A DNA stretch of 64,000 nucleotides, from the NCBI GenBank assembly GCA_030613785.1, contig JAUWLF010000009.1, forward strand, positions 5,624-69,623. Direction: 5' to 3'. Below the pieces are notes generated by a model. That model worked only from the letters and a program-made list of their open reading frames with translations. It did no database searches and was not told the DNA's origin. Positions 34,455 to 48,463 of the stretch are shown piece by piece. Every line of letters begins with the position of its first letter. The first letter of the stretch is position 1. Source of the DNA: Chloroflexota bacterium. GTDB lineage: Bacteria > Chloroflexota > Anaerolineae > UBA7937 > B3-Chlor. Position numbers and translations under genes: made by a program.

Positions 34455-35726
34455 GTGTATCAGAAGACTGTATTGGACAATGGACTGCGCATCGTGACCT
34501 CTACCATGCCCCATACCCGCTCGGCTAGTGTGGGGTTCTTTGTCAGCGTCGGCTCGCGGTACGAGAGCAAGGAGGAGAACGGAATCACGCACTTCATCGA
34601 ACATATGCTGTTCAAGGGCACGACGAAGAGACCGACGACCAAGGACATCGCCATCGCCATCGAGGGCATAGGTGGGGTCTTTAACGCCAGCACTGGCCGC
34701 GAGCTGACCACCTATTGGGCTAAGGTGGCCCGAGCTCACTTTCCCGTCGCCCTCGATGTTCTGGCAGACATGCTCTTGAACTCCAAACTGGATGAAGAGG
34801 AGCTAGAGAAGGAGCGGGGGGTCATCATCGAGGAGATCAACATGACCTTGGACCAGCCCTCCGACTGGGTTCACCACTTGGCGACGGACCTGATCTGGCC
34901 CGACCATCCGCTGGGCCGAGACCAAGCTGGCACCAAGGAGAGCGTCAGTGCCCTGACCAAGTCGATGATGAAGGACTACCTCAGGCGTCACTACCAGCCG
35001 GCCAGTGCTGTGCTGGGTGTGGCCGGCGCCGTGGAGCACGATGACGTGGTGAGAGAGGTTGCGGCCCATCTCAGCGACTGGGAGGAGAAGAAGCGAGGCA
35101 GCTATCAGCCGATGAATGGGGTGCAGGAACAGCCGAGGGTGCGGGTGGAGCATAAGCCCACGCAGCAAGCTCATCTATCTCTCGTCCTCCCCGGCATATC
35201 CCGCTCCGATGACGATAAGTACAACCTCAGCCTGCTCAACACCATACTGGGACAGGGAATGAGTTCCCGGCTTTTCCTAGAAGTCCGCGAGAAGCGAGGG
35301 TTGGCCTATTCCGTCTACTCGTACGCATCGCCATTACACGACACCGGCCTGGTGGGGGTCTATGCTGGCGTCGATGCCCAGCAGACCGAGAAAGCCATCG
35401 AGGCGATCCTCGCGGAGTTGGGCAAGACCAGTAACGAACCGGTACCTGAGGAAGAACTGGAGAGGGCCAAGGAGTTCACGAAGGGACGCTTGCTGCTCCA
35501 GATGGAGGACTCTTTTTCCGTTGCCTCGTGGATAGGGCGCCAGGAGATTCTGGAGGATCGAGTCCTGACGCTGGATGAAGTCCTCGAGGAGATAGACGCC
35601 GTCACCACCGAAGATGTACACGGCGTGGCTCAGCGACTGTTCCGACAAGACAAACTGAACCTGGCGGTGGTGGGTCCCTACGAGGAAGCCCAACAAGAAC
35701 AGTTCGAATCCTTGCTCCAATTGTAG
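34455..35726 (+). CDS. M16-family (pitrilysin/insulinase-type) zinc peptidase
   Basis: HFIEHMLFKGT (HxxEH) near the N-terminus, 423 aa. Confidence 0.8.
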   Translation: MYQKTVLDNGLRIVTSTMPHTRSASVGFFVSVGSRYESKEENGITHFIEHMLFKGTTKRPTTKDIAIAIEGIGGVFNASTGRELTTYWAKVARAHFPVALDVLADMLLNSKLDEEELEKERGVIIEEINMTLDQPSDWVHHLATDLIWPDHPLGRDQAGTKESVSALTKSMMKDYLRRHYQPASAVLGVAGAVEHDDVVREVAAHLSDWEEKKRGSYQPMNGVQEQPRVRVEHKPTQQAHLSLVLPGISRSDDDKYNLSLLNTILGQGMSSRLFLEVREKRGLAYSVYSYASPLHDTGLVGVYAGVDAQQTEKAIEAILAELGKTSNEPVPEEELERAKEFTKGRLLLQMEDSFSVASWIGRQEILEDRVLTLDEVLEEIDAVTTEDVHGVAQRLFRQDKLNLAVVGPYEEAQQEQFESLLQL

Positions 35727-35800
35727 TCCTACCACTAAGTGCAGGCAGGAGTGAGAGATCCAGCTTCTGCTCACTTTGTATCCAACGGTCACGCGAGACA

Positions 35801-36655
35801 ATGGGGGACAGGACTGCCCGGCGGGCTTCCTTGGCACTCGTGGAACATGAGGTAGGAATGAATCAACCTGGTCTCGACCAACCTCAAGTGCTGCGACTGC
35901 TCTTCCATCCTCGACCGGAGTACGCTCTCGGTCTTCTCTCACCACAGGCGCGCTCGGTGTCCATCGACGTCGAGCCCGGAATCTCCATCGGAGGGAGATT
36001 GTATTCCACCAGACCCGGCGACCCCGCCATCCTGTACTGGCACGGCAACGGAGAGATCGCCGCCGACTACCATGCCATCGGCCCTATGTACACGCGGCTG
36101 GGCATCACACTCCTCGTGATCGATTACCGGGGTTACGGCACGAGCGACGGCTCCCCCACGTGCAGCAATCTCCTGTCTGACGCAATCACCCTGTTCGACA
36201 CGCTCGACCGCGTCTTCCAGGATCACCAACTGACGCCATCACGCCTCTATGTCATGGGCCGCTCTTTGGGGAGCGCGGCCGCCATTGAGGTGGCCAGGCA
36301 CGCAGGCGACCAACTGGCCGGGCTGATTATCGAGAGCGGTTTCGCTGATACCTTTGCCCTTCTGGCGCGCCTGGGGATGCGGGCAGAGGAGGCCGACGAA
36401 GCCCTCGATGGCTTCGCCAACGCGGCCAAGATGGGTCTGATCTCTGTGCCCACTCTGATCATCCATGGACGGAACGACGTACTCATCCCGGCCACAGACG
36501 GGCAGGAGCTACTTCGCCGTTCCGCCGCAAAGTACAAACGACTGGTGCTCATCCCTGACGCCGGTCACAACGATCTGATGCTCGTGGGAGAAGCACAGTA
36601 CTTCGAGGCAATCAGGACATTCGTGGTAGATTGCTCTGGAGGAGAGGATCCATGA
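35801..36655 (+). CDS. Alpha/beta hydrolase
   Basis: Nucleophile elbow GRSLGSAAA, then HGRNDVLIP and AGHND. The start is uncertain (alternative at 35858). Confidence 0.7.
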   Translation: MGDRTARRASLALVEHEVGMNQPGLDQPQVLRLLFHPRPEYALGLLSPQARSVSIDVEPGISIGGRLYSTRPGDPAILYWHGNGEIAADYHAIGPMYTRLGITLLVIDYRGYGTSDGSPTCSNLLSDAITLFDTLDRVFQDHQLTPSRLYVMGRSLGSAAAIEVARHAGDQLAGLIIESGFADTFALLARLGMRAEEADEALDGFANAAKMGLISVPTLIIHGRNDVLIPATDGQELLRRSAAKYKRLVLIPDAGHNDLMLVGEAQYFEAIRTFVVDCSGGEDP

Positions 36656-37299
36656 CCACCGCAGAGGAAGCGGCGCTAGCACAACCTCTCATCATCGGCG
36701 TAGCCGGCGGCACAGGTTCGGGAAAGACCACCGTCTCCAACTCCATTCTGGAAAGAGTTGGCAGCGATCAGATCTCATACATCCAACATGATCACTACTA
36801 CAGAGACCGCAGTCACCTCCCGCCGGAGGAGAGGGGCAAGATCAACTTTGACCATCCCGATTCCCTGGAGAACGAACTCCTGGCTCGGCACCTCAAGATG
36901 CTCAAGGAGGGGCAAGCTGTGGAGGTGCCGCAGTACGATTTCACCACCCACGTCCGCAAGCCGCAGACGACACGAGTCGAGCCACGCAGGGTCATCCTGG
37001 TAGAAGGGATACTCATTCTCGCCGTCAAAGCCCTGCGAGATCTTATGGACATCAAGCTTTTTGTGGACACCGATGCCGATATTCGCCTTATTCGGCGCAT
37101 ACGGCGCGACATGACGGAGCGAGGCCGGACTCTCGAATCGGTGATACGTCAGTATACGGAGAGTGTTCGTCCCATGCACTTGGAGTTCGTCGAACCCAGT
37201 AAGCGGTACGCCGACATCATCATCCCCGAAGGCGGTTTCAACCTCACCGCCATAGACATGGTGGTAGCGAAAGTGAAAGCCATGATCGGCGGCGAATGA
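36652..37299 (+). CDS. udk: Uridine kinase
   Basis: IIGVAGGTGSGKTTVS, with the DHPDSLE and ILVEGI motifs. The ATG overlaps the upstream stop as ATGA. Confidence 0.85.
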   Translation: MTTAEEAALAQPLIIGVAGGTGSGKTTVSNSILERVGSDQISYIQHDHYYRDRSHLPPEERGKINFDHPDSLENELLARHLKMLKEGQAVEVPQYDFTTHVRKPQTTRVEPRRVILVEGILILAVKALRDLMDIKLFVDTDADIRLIRRIRRDMTERGRTLESVIRQYTESVRPMHLEFVEPSKRYADIIIPEGGFNLTAIDMVVAKVKAMIGGE

Positions 37300-37404
37300 A
37301 CCTTCAAGGAATGGGACACCCCTCAAGGACGTAGCCTTAGCCTCCCTGACGCACCCTGACAAATGGAAACGCTGCTATGAATGGATGGTGGGAGTTTGGT
37401 ACTA

Positions 37405-37433
37405 TTGACTACTAAACTTCGTGGCAGTATAAT
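37405..37433 (+). promoter_or_regulatory. sigma70-type promoter TTGACT-17-TATAAT (glycan cluster)
   Basis: TTGACTACTAAACTTCGTGGCAGTATAAT. Confidence 0.8.
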
Positions 37434-37465
37434 GAAGCATAAGGAAGTTCAGTTCTCTGGCACCG

Positions 37466-38389
37466 GTGGCACTCGACTGGGCCAGCAAGCGCCTGGAGGA
37501 AGGCAGAGAATGGCGAATGACTGTAGGCAGTGAGACTGTGGGCAACGTTTCCCCGCCCTCGATCCGTGAGGACGTGCCCACGATAGTGATACGCCCCTCG
37601 CGAGGCTGGGCGACCCTCAATCTGCGAGAGTTGTGGGCCTATCGCGAGTTGCTCTACTTTCTTGTTTGGCGCGATATCAAGGTCCGCTACAAGCAAACGG
37701 TTCTCGGAGCAGCCTGGGCCGTGCTTCAACCCTTCTTCACCATGGTGGTGTTCAGCATATTCTTCGGTCGACTGGCACAGGTCCCCTCAGACGGCATCCC
37801 GTACCCCATCTTCGCCTACTGTGCACTGGTCCCCTGGAGCTATTTCTCCGGAGCACTGGACAGAGCCGGTAACAGCCTGGTGGGTAGCTCCCACTTGATC
37901 ACCAAGGTCTACTTCCCACGACTTGCTATCCCCATCTCGGCGGTTCTGGCAGGACTCGTGGATTTCGGGATCGCCTTCGTGGTCCTCTTGGGCATGATGC
38001 TCTATTATGGGATCGCCCCCACCGTAGCGGTCTTGACCTTGCCACTCTTCCTCTTGCTGGCCGTTCTGACGGCTCTAGGGGTCGGGCTTTGGCTCTCTGC
38101 ACTCAATGTGCAGTATCGCGACGTTCGATACACCATCCCTTTCCTCACCCAGGTTTGGCTCTTTGCGACACCCATTGCCTACCCAAGCAGCTTGGTTCCG
38201 GAGCAGTGGCAAGCCCTCTACGGTCTGAATCCCATGGCCGGCGTGGTGGAGGGGTTCCGCTGGGCATTGTTGGGCAAGGAACCACCCGGACCCCTGCTGG
38301 CCGTTTCCGCCACGGTTGTGGTGCTATTGCTGATCGGCGGCCTGTACTACTTCCGCCGCATGGAGAAGACCTTCGCGGACGTGATATGA
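37466..38389 (+). CDS. wzm: ABC-2 type polysaccharide export permease
   Basis: LWAYRELLYFLVWRDIKVRYKQTVLGAAWAVLQP and 6 TM helices. The start is uncertain (GTG 37466 or ATG 37517). Confidence 0.8.
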   Translation: MALDWASKRLEEGREWRMTVGSETVGNVSPPSIREDVPTIVIRPSRGWATLNLRELWAYRELLYFLVWRDIKVRYKQTVLGAAWAVLQPFFTMVVFSIFFGRLAQVPSDGIPYPIFAYCALVPWSYFSGALDRAGNSLVGSSHLITKVYFPRLAIPISAVLAGLVDFGIAFVVLLGMMLYYGIAPTVAVLTLPLFLLLAVLTALGVGLWLSALNVQYRDVRYTIPFLTQVWLFATPIAYPSSLVPEQWQALYGLNPMAGVVEGFRWALLGKEPPGPLLAVSATVVVLLLIGGLYYFRRMEKTFADVI

Positions 38390-38392
38390 GAA

Positions 38393-39685
38393 ATGAATAA
38401 CACTGCCATCCGTGTTGAGAAGCTAGGGAAGCAGTACCGCATCGGCGCGCGGCAAGCAGGATACAGCACCATCCGCGAGACCGTCACCGACCTGGCAGTC
38501 GCGCCATTGCGCCGACTGCGCCGCCTCGGTCAACCCACGCCAGCGGAAGAGTCCATCTGGGCGCTGAAAGATGTGTCCTTCGAGGTCAAGCAGGGCGAGG
38601 TCGTAGGTATCATCGGTCGCAACGGGGCAGGGAAGACGACACTGCTTAAGGTCCTCTGCCGCATCACCGAGCCCACGGAGGGCCGAGCGGAAATCCACGG
38701 CCGTGTGGGCTCTCTGCTGGAGGTGGGTACCGGCTTCCACCCGGAACTGACCGGACGCGAAAACGTCTACCTCAACGGCGCCATCCTGGGGATGAAGCGA
38801 GTTGAGATCGACCGCAAGTTCGACGAGATTGTGGACTTCTCTGGAATAGAGAGATTCCTGGACACGCCCGTCAAGCGCTACTCCAGCGGCATGTATGTGC
38901 GTTTGGCCTTCGCCGTGGCCGCCCACCTCGAGCCGGAGATTCTGCTAGTAGACGAGGTGCTGTCGGTGGGCGACGCCGGCTTCCAGAAGAAGTGCTTGGG
39001 GAAGATGAACGATGTGGCGCAAGAAGGCCGCACCGTGTTATTTGTCAGCCACAACATGGGAGCGGTAGAGTCACTCTGCACCAGGGCCCTCCAGATTGAC
39101 CGTGGGCGAATTGCTCTCTCTGGAGGAACCGAGCAGGTGATATCTTCCTATCTGGCTGAGACGTATCGACGCTCTGCGAATCCATTCCTTGATTGTCCGC
39201 GTAGTGGCACTGGGAAGATTCGAGTGGTTGGTTTTCGTCTGGAGTCTCCGTGTGGAGAAGTGCTCGAATTCGCGCAGAGCGGAAGGCCGATAGTCGTTGC
39301 GTTTGAGTTCGAGAATCATGGGTGCGGCCCAGGTGATCGTGTATCAGTTGGGTTAAGCGTGCACACGGACCGTGAAATCGGAATATTCCACCACTACAGC
39401 GACTTCTCCGATACGTACTTCGAGCATGTTCCCGCAAGCGGCATCTTCAAGTGCCTTATCCCCGACGTTCCTCTGGCCCCGGGCAACTACTTGGTCGGGT
39501 GCCGTGTGGTAATGAACGGGAATCGAGTTACGGGTGAAGAGGTAGACTGGCCACGTGCATATGCGCCCATGACCGTAGTTGGAGCAGATTTTTATGGGGT
39601 GGGGAACTCAAATGTGTCAACGTGGGGACCGATTCTCGTAAGGGCTGAGTGGTCACAGTCCCTGGGAGAGGATAGCGATGCCTAG
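38393..39685 (+). CDS. wzt: Polysaccharide export ABC ATPase with a C-terminal beta-sandwich (Wzt_C-like) domain
   Basis: GRNGAGKTTLLK, YSSGMYVRLAFA and LLVDEV, then about 180 aa beyond the NBD. Confidence 0.8.
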   Translation: MNNTAIRVEKLGKQYRIGARQAGYSTIRETVTDLAVAPLRRLRRLGQPTPAEESIWALKDVSFEVKQGEVVGIIGRNGAGKTTLLKVLCRITEPTEGRAEIHGRVGSLLEVGTGFHPELTGRENVYLNGAILGMKRVEIDRKFDEIVDFSGIERFLDTPVKRYSSGMYVRLAFAVAAHLEPEILLVDEVLSVGDAGFQKKCLGKMNDVAQEGRTVLFVSHNMGAVESLCTRALQIDRGRIALSGGTEQVISSYLAETYRRSANPFLDCPRSGTGKIRVVGFRLESPCGEVLEFAQSGRPIVVAFEFENHGCGPGDRVSVGLSVHTDREIGIFHHYSDFSDTYFEHVPASGIFKCLIPDVPLAPGNYLVGCRVVMNGNRVTGEEVDWPRAYAPMTVVGADFYGVGNSNVSTWGPILVRAEWSQSLGEDSDA

Positions 39686-41852
39686 GGACTCTAGTGTTGT
39701 GCCCTGCGTGGTTTTTGCCTTCAACCGCCCGGACAACCTCGAGACAGTTCTTGCGGCTTTGAGAGCCCAGGACATCGATCGCTTGATTGTGTTCGTGGAT
39801 GGCTCGCGAGACGACGCGGATGTTGAGTTGGTGGAACGATCCAGGGCCATCGCCAAAGATGTGGATTGGGTTGATAGGGAACTGCACTTTCGGGACCAGA
39901 ATCGCGGGTTGCCTGGTTTAGCTGACAACGTAAGCACAGTCATGAGTGTACATGAATCAGCCATCTTCGTAGAAGATGACTGCTTGCCTATGCCGAGTTT
40001 CTATTCTTTCATGCGGCAAACCTTGGCCCGTTATGAAGCAGAAAGCAAAGTCTTCTCAATTGGAGGATACCAACCGATACCCTACAAGTACTTCAAGGAT
40101 TACCCGTACTCCCTTGTTAGTTCTGCAAGATTCCTATGTTGGGCATGGGCTACGTGGCAAGATCGGTGGGCGCTGGTTGCGCCATACCTGTCAAGCTATT
40201 GGGAGCTGTTTGACGGTTTGACGAACGTCCCTGAGCTTGCCGGCGACGATTTAGGGAGCATGGCGCGAGCTTGTGCAGAGGGCAGCGACGAATCGTGGGC
40301 TGTCAAGGTCGCCATCTCCACTTTGTGGCTTGGGCAGGTGCATTTGCTGCCAACAAGGGGATTGGTGCGCAACACAGGGATAGGGGGTGGCACGCACAGG
40401 GAGTCCAGGCGGTCGACGCATCGGAGAGAACGTGGACACAATAACAACGTCTACGAGCACTCATTGGAGAACATAGTGTGGTTGGAGAACGTCGAGCTCA
40501 ATAGCGATTACGGTGAAAGACTCAGACAATTCGTGGCTACTCCAGGCTTGCCTTTAGTAAGCAGGGTCAAGAGTGTGCTCCGGCGATGGCCTTTGCTGGT
40601 CAGCCTCTGGCGGTCGATTCGCTACACAGAATCCAAACTCCGGAAGCGCCTTTTCAAACCGCCTCCGGAGCGACTGTATCACCTTGACCTGCGAGAAGGC
40701 CGGTCCGAGCTTCTCACCAAGAGAGCGTTGCTTTCATATGTCGTGCATCCCTTCTCGATTCCCCGAGATGATCCACGTTTCCTCCGCCACATCAATATCT
40801 GGCATGCCCAGGAGATCGTGAGGATATTGAATCAGTTGGGTTACACCGTAGATGTCGTGGACTTCAGGGATACAAGTTTCGTTCCGCGCAAGAGATACGA
40901 CCTGTTCGTCGGTCATGGGGGCATCAACTTCCAGAGGATTGCGCAACGATTGCCCGACAGCGCAGCAAAGATATACTTTTCCACAGGTTGCTATTGGAAG
41001 TTCCACAACGGGCAGGAACTGTCCCGCGTCGCTGCGCTCCGCGAACGAAGAGGGGTTGACTTACCCCCAGATCGACTTATCAAAGACAGTGAAGAGGGCG
41101 CGTTGCTGGCCGCAGATGGCGTTGTCGGGCTTGGCAACGGGTTCACGAGGCATACTTATGCCCGCTTTTCCCCGGTCACCATGGTCAATAGCACCGCGCT
41201 TTTCGATGATAGGTATGAACCAGACAGAAAGCATTTCGACAAAGGCAGAAAGCACTTTCTCTATTTTGCGGGTGCGGGGAACGTCCACAAGGGGCTGGAC
41301 CTGTTACTGGAAGCGTTTGTCGGACTTGAGCAGGATCTATGGATCTGCTCCAGCATCGATCAAAGGTTTGCGCAAGCCTATTCGGACGAGCTGCATAATC
41401 GTTCAAATGTCCATCTTGTAGGTTGGATTCAGCCGCGTTCTGCCAGGTTCTACGAACTGATGAATACGTGTGACTGGGTGATCCTGCCGTCCTGCGCCGA
41501 GGGAGGGTCACATTCTGTGGTAGAATGCATGAACCAGGGGCTGATCCCTGTAGTCAGCCGGGCCTGTGGTCTCGACGTCGAGGACTATGGTGTCGTACTC
41601 GACCCATGCACCATCGAGGAAATGGTCAGGGTCGTCCGCAAGCTGTCGTTGCTGTCTCCGGCTGAGTGCCGGCACATGTCGGTCAGCGCGCGCAAAGCCG
41701 CTGCCACTCGCTTCTCAGAGGCCACCTTCTCTCAGAGCATGGAGGAAGCGATGAGGGCCATAGTGCAGAAGAAGCTGCCCGGAACCCGCGATGCTTCGCA
41801 GAGTCAAGGCATGGTGTTTGAAAAGAGGGACGATTATGCTGACGGCGATTGA
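39678..41852 (+). CDS. Two-domain glycosyltransferase (N-terminal GT-A fold, C-terminal GT-B/GT4-like)
   Basis: VVFAFNRPDNLETV...FVEDDC in the N-terminal domain. CAEGGSHSVVECMNQGLIPVV in the C-terminal domain. Confidence 0.65.
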   Translation: MPRDSSVVPCVVFAFNRPDNLETVLAALRAQDIDRLIVFVDGSRDDADVELVERSRAIAKDVDWVDRELHFRDQNRGLPGLADNVSTVMSVHESAIFVEDDCLPMPSFYSFMRQTLARYEAESKVFSIGGYQPIPYKYFKDYPYSLVSSARFLCWAWATWQDRWALVAPYLSSYWELFDGLTNVPELAGDDLGSMARACAEGSDESWAVKVAISTLWLGQVHLLPTRGLVRNTGIGGGTHRESRRSTHRRERGHNNNVYEHSLENIVWLENVELNSDYGERLRQFVATPGLPLVSRVKSVLRRWPLLVSLWRSIRYTESKLRKRLFKPPPERLYHLDLREGRSELLTKRALLSYVVHPFSIPRDDPRFLRHINIWHAQEIVRILNQLGYTVDVVDFRDTSFVPRKRYDLFVGHGGINFQRIAQRLPDSAAKIYFSTGCYWKFHNGQELSRVAALRERRGVDLPPDRLIKDSEEGALLAADGVVGLGNGFTRHTYARFSPVTMVNSTALFDDRYEPDRKHFDKGRKHFLYFAGAGNVHKGLDLLLEAFVGLEQDLWICSSIDQRFAQAYSDELHNRSNVHLVGWIQPRSARFYELMNTCDWVILPSCAEGGSHSVVECMNQGLIPVVSRACGLDVEDYGVVLDPCTIEEMVRVVRKLSLLSPAECRHMSVSARKAAATRFSEATFSQSMEEAMRAIVQKKLPGTRDASQSQGMVFEKRDDYADGD

Positions 41853-42549
41853 CAAATGGGCGCGAGGATTCGTAGCCACTGCCCTTCGAGGCCCACTTGC
41901 TGGGCTGTACTCGACCCTCGACAACCCAATTGAGGTTCCCGTACAGGTGGCGGGCTACACATTGGTAACCCAAAAATACTTGAGGCCAGGAGACCGGGTC
42001 TTGGACGTGGGCTTCGGCCTTGGATATGGTTTCAAGATCATGTCTCAGGTAGCCGATTCTTTCCATGGTGTTGAGGTCGATGAGAGAGCAGTATCGCACG
42101 CTACAGACTCGTTGCGAGACATCTCAGAGTCCATTGAGGTGGAGCACTACGACGGGAAAGCTATCCCCTACGCCGACCGCACCTTTCATGTGGTGACATG
42201 TGTGGACGTGCTTGAGCATGTTGCGGACTACGGCGATTTGATTCGGGAGATGATGAGGGTGTCAAAGCGAGTGGTTTTCCTATCCACCCCCAATCGCCGT
42301 CCGGAATATACACGAGCTGACGGAAGGCCCAAGAATCGTTGGCACATACGTGAGTGGTCGTATCAAGAGCTGGACTCTATCCTACAGAGAATGGCTGGTG
42401 TTCGCGTGGACTGGAACTTCCTGAACGGGCCCTGGGAAGGGCCTTTTCAATGCAGCTGTGTCGTTTGCGAAAACACCGTGGCGTTGACACCGGCCTTGAT
42501 GCTCCTATCACCAATGTGTCAGCAATGTGACGATCTTCGAGGCGGATAG
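41836..42549 (+). CDS. Class I SAM-dependent methyltransferase
   Basis: RVLDVGFGLGYG (motif I) and VVTCVDVLEHV. Confidence 0.75.
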   Translation: MLTAIDKWARGFVATALRGPLAGLYSTLDNPIEVPVQVAGYTLVTQKYLRPGDRVLDVGFGLGYGFKIMSQVADSFHGVEVDERAVSHATDSLRDISESIEVEHYDGKAIPYADRTFHVVTCVDVLEHVADYGDLIREMMRVSKRVVFLSTPNRRPEYTRADGRPKNRWHIREWSYQELDSILQRMAGVRVDWNFLNGPWEGPFQCSCVVCENTVALTPALMLLSPMCQQCDDLRGG

Positions 42550-42960
42550 GTTCATCGCACGAGGACAGTGATTTGATACTGACTGTCGACGGGGTTATTT
42601 ACCTAGTGCATTGGCATGGCGGGATTTCGCGTCTCTACAGTAAGATTCTGCCCCGCATGTGCCGCATCGACGAGTCGCTTGACATCAGATTACTTACGAC
42701 TCGTAAGCTCGGGCAAAGGCTCCCCATCCATCCGCGTATCTCGCATGTGTCCATACCTCATGTTGAGCGGTGCTTGTGCCCAGAGCGGCTCTGCAGATCT
42801 ATTGCAACACGGGCTCGACGGTTCCTTCAGAAGTTGTGGATCGGTCGCGGAGAGCGACAGATCTGGCATTCTGCGTATTACACTCTCCAAGAACCTTAGG
42901 ATGGGTTACAGGTCGTCGCAGTGCTAGACATGATCCACGAGGCCTTCGCGCATCTGTTTG

Positions 42961-46238
<3,278 letters not shown>

Positions 46239-46242
<4 letters not shown>

Positions 46243-47273
46243 AAGTCCTCTTCCTTCCAACGTCCAATAACCCGTATCAGTACTCACTGGCCGAGGCACT
46301 GGCGCCACTAGGCGTGGAAGTGGAGCACAGATCCCGTTTCCCCTCTGAGCGCTGGCTGGTACAAAACCGGGGTCTGGTTAAGCTGCTGCACATCCACTGG
46401 CTGGACCAACTGTATTCGTGGGGATGGAAGACGCCGCTGCGGTTCGGCCGATTCGTTGAGAAACTGTCACTCGCCCGGTCGATGGGCTACAAGATCGTGT
46501 GGACCATGCACAACGTCATGCCCCACGAACGCACCTTTCCTCTGATCGATGTCCTAGCACGATTCGCGGTAGTGGGGCTAGCCAACGCCATCATCGTGCA
46601 CTGTGAATACGCCAGGCAGCAAGTCAGCGAGCGGTTTCTCAGAAAGCATGGTATCCATGTAATGGCATGCGGGAACTATATGGCGAGCCACCCACAATCC
46701 ATCCCAAGGCAGCAAGCCCGCACAACTCTCAACGTCGGGAAGGATGCCTTCGTCTATCTCTACTTTGGCAGAATACGACCCTACAAGGGGGTGGAAGATC
46801 TCGTACGAGCATTTCAGCGGCTCGACGTCCAGGGTACTGACCTACTGATAGTTGGAGTCTGCCACTCAGAAAACCAGAAGCGTGGGTTGATGGACTTGGT
46901 CAGCGGAGACAGGCGCATAAAGATGTTCCTCGAGTTCATCCCCGATGAAGCTGTCCAGCGGTACTTCGCCGCGGCAGACGTGGTCGTTGCACCTTTTCGA
47001 GAAGTCCTGACCTCTAGTTCCGTCATGTTGGGGCTTTCCTTCGCACGCCCCATTGTTGCCCCAGCACTAGGGTGCCTGCCAGAAGTGATTGGCCCACAGG
47101 TTGGCATCTTGTACGATCCACTAGACGAAGAAGCCTTGGTGAAAGCTCTCAGAGCCATTAGGCGTTGCGACGTAGAGATGATGGGGCGCGAGGCCTACCG
47201 TCTCTCACGTAGCCCCGAGCTTGATTGGAACATCATCGCCTGCAAGACTCGACAGTTATACCTTGATTGCTGA
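46239..47273 (+). CDS. GT-B (GT4-like) glycosyltransferase
   Basis: KVLFLPTSNNPYQ...VVAPFREVLTSSSVMLGLSFARPIVAP. The TTG start at 46239 overlaps the upstream stop; the start is uncertain (the ORF track has 46125). Confidence 0.6.
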
Positions 47274-47334
47274 CGTCGGTCCTCATGAACCAGTACACCG
47301 CACGTTGGGCCAACCGTCCGCACGGAGGCAAGCG

Positions 47335-48279
47335 ATGAGATTGCCGGCAAAACGCCCACGTGAGTGTCGAAGCGGAGTTCCTTTCGTTTCGGTGATAGTA
47401 CCGGTGTACAATGATCCCACTGGCTTATCTGAGACTCTGCGGGTTCTTGCCAAGCAGGACTATCCAGCGGGCCGTTGGGAAGTCATCGTCGTGGACAACA
47501 ACTCGACGGACAACACACTGCAGGTGGCCAGCTCCTTTCGAGGTGCGATTTCCAAGCTTGAGATACTGACCGAAAGAAGACAGAGTTCCTATGCAGCTCG
47601 GAACCGTGGCATCCAGGAAGCTGGCGGCCAGATCCTGGCCTTCATTGATGCCGACATGACTGTCGGAAGAGACTGGATTAGCCGAGGAGTTCGCGACATC
47701 GAAAGCGGGCGCGGAGACTATGTTGGCTGCCGCGTGGAGGTCTACACTAGTGAGTCGCTACCCACCATATGGGCGATACATGACCAGCTCACTGATTTCC
47801 CCATACGCCATTACATGCAGGAGGAACATGGCTACACCATTGGTGGAAGCCTGTTCGTGCGACGAAGGGTATTCGAGACGGTGGGCATGTTCGACGGAAG
47901 ACTCGTCTCCGGCGGTGACAGGGAGTTCGGCAACCGTGTTCAGGCTAGTGGCTTCAACCTGTTCTATGATCACGACAACGTCATGCGACATCCAGCTCGG
48001 TCAACCTTTCGGTCCGTTTGGAGCAAGTACCTTCGAATAGGAAAAGGAACCGTAGATCTCAGACGCTACTATCCGGACAGGTATAGGTCACTGAAGCCAT
48101 GGTCTTTCCTTCCTGTGTTCCGTCCGGCCACTCATGTGAGCGGAATCCTGGATCCGTCAGGGTTAGGTTTTGCACAGAAATGCGGCGTTGTGTTCGTGGA
48201 GAACGTTCGGCGGCTCGCGCTCGCTTCAGGTCGAATGGTCCGCTGTATTGAGATAGTTATGGGCCTCAGAGCGTCGTAG
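47335..48279 (+). CDS. GT2-family glycosyltransferase
   Basis: VSVIVPVYNDPTGLSETLRVLAKQDYP...VVDNNSTDNT and FIDADM. SD GGAGG. Confidence 0.8.
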   Translation: MRLPAKRPRECRSGVPFVSVIVPVYNDPTGLSETLRVLAKQDYPAGRWEVIVVDNNSTDNTLQVASSFRGAISKLEILTERRQSSYAARNRGIQEAGGQILAFIDADMTVGRDWISRGVRDIESGRGDYVGCRVEVYTSESLPTIWAIHDQLTDFPIRHYMQEEHGYTIGGSLFVRRRVFETVGMFDGRLVSGGDREFGNRVQASGFNLFYDHDNVMRHPARSTFRSVWSKYLRIGKGTVDLRRYYPDRYRSLKPWSFLPVFRPATHVSGILDPSGLGFAQKCGVVFVENVRRLALASGRMVRCIEIVMGLRAS

Positions 48280-48463
48280 GCCAGTACGTCGGCCGGCATC
48301 TGGACACGACCACGATGCGTTGTGCGTCTGAACGCCCTTTCCAATGATCATCGTTATCAGCGCTCCGCGCCGGTGGGCACTCCGAACCGTTGCGCTTCGG
48401 CAGCCCGTGGCTCTGGGTGAGATTCAAAGCCACCTGCGAGTCGATTCTGGTGATGGCAAGCTC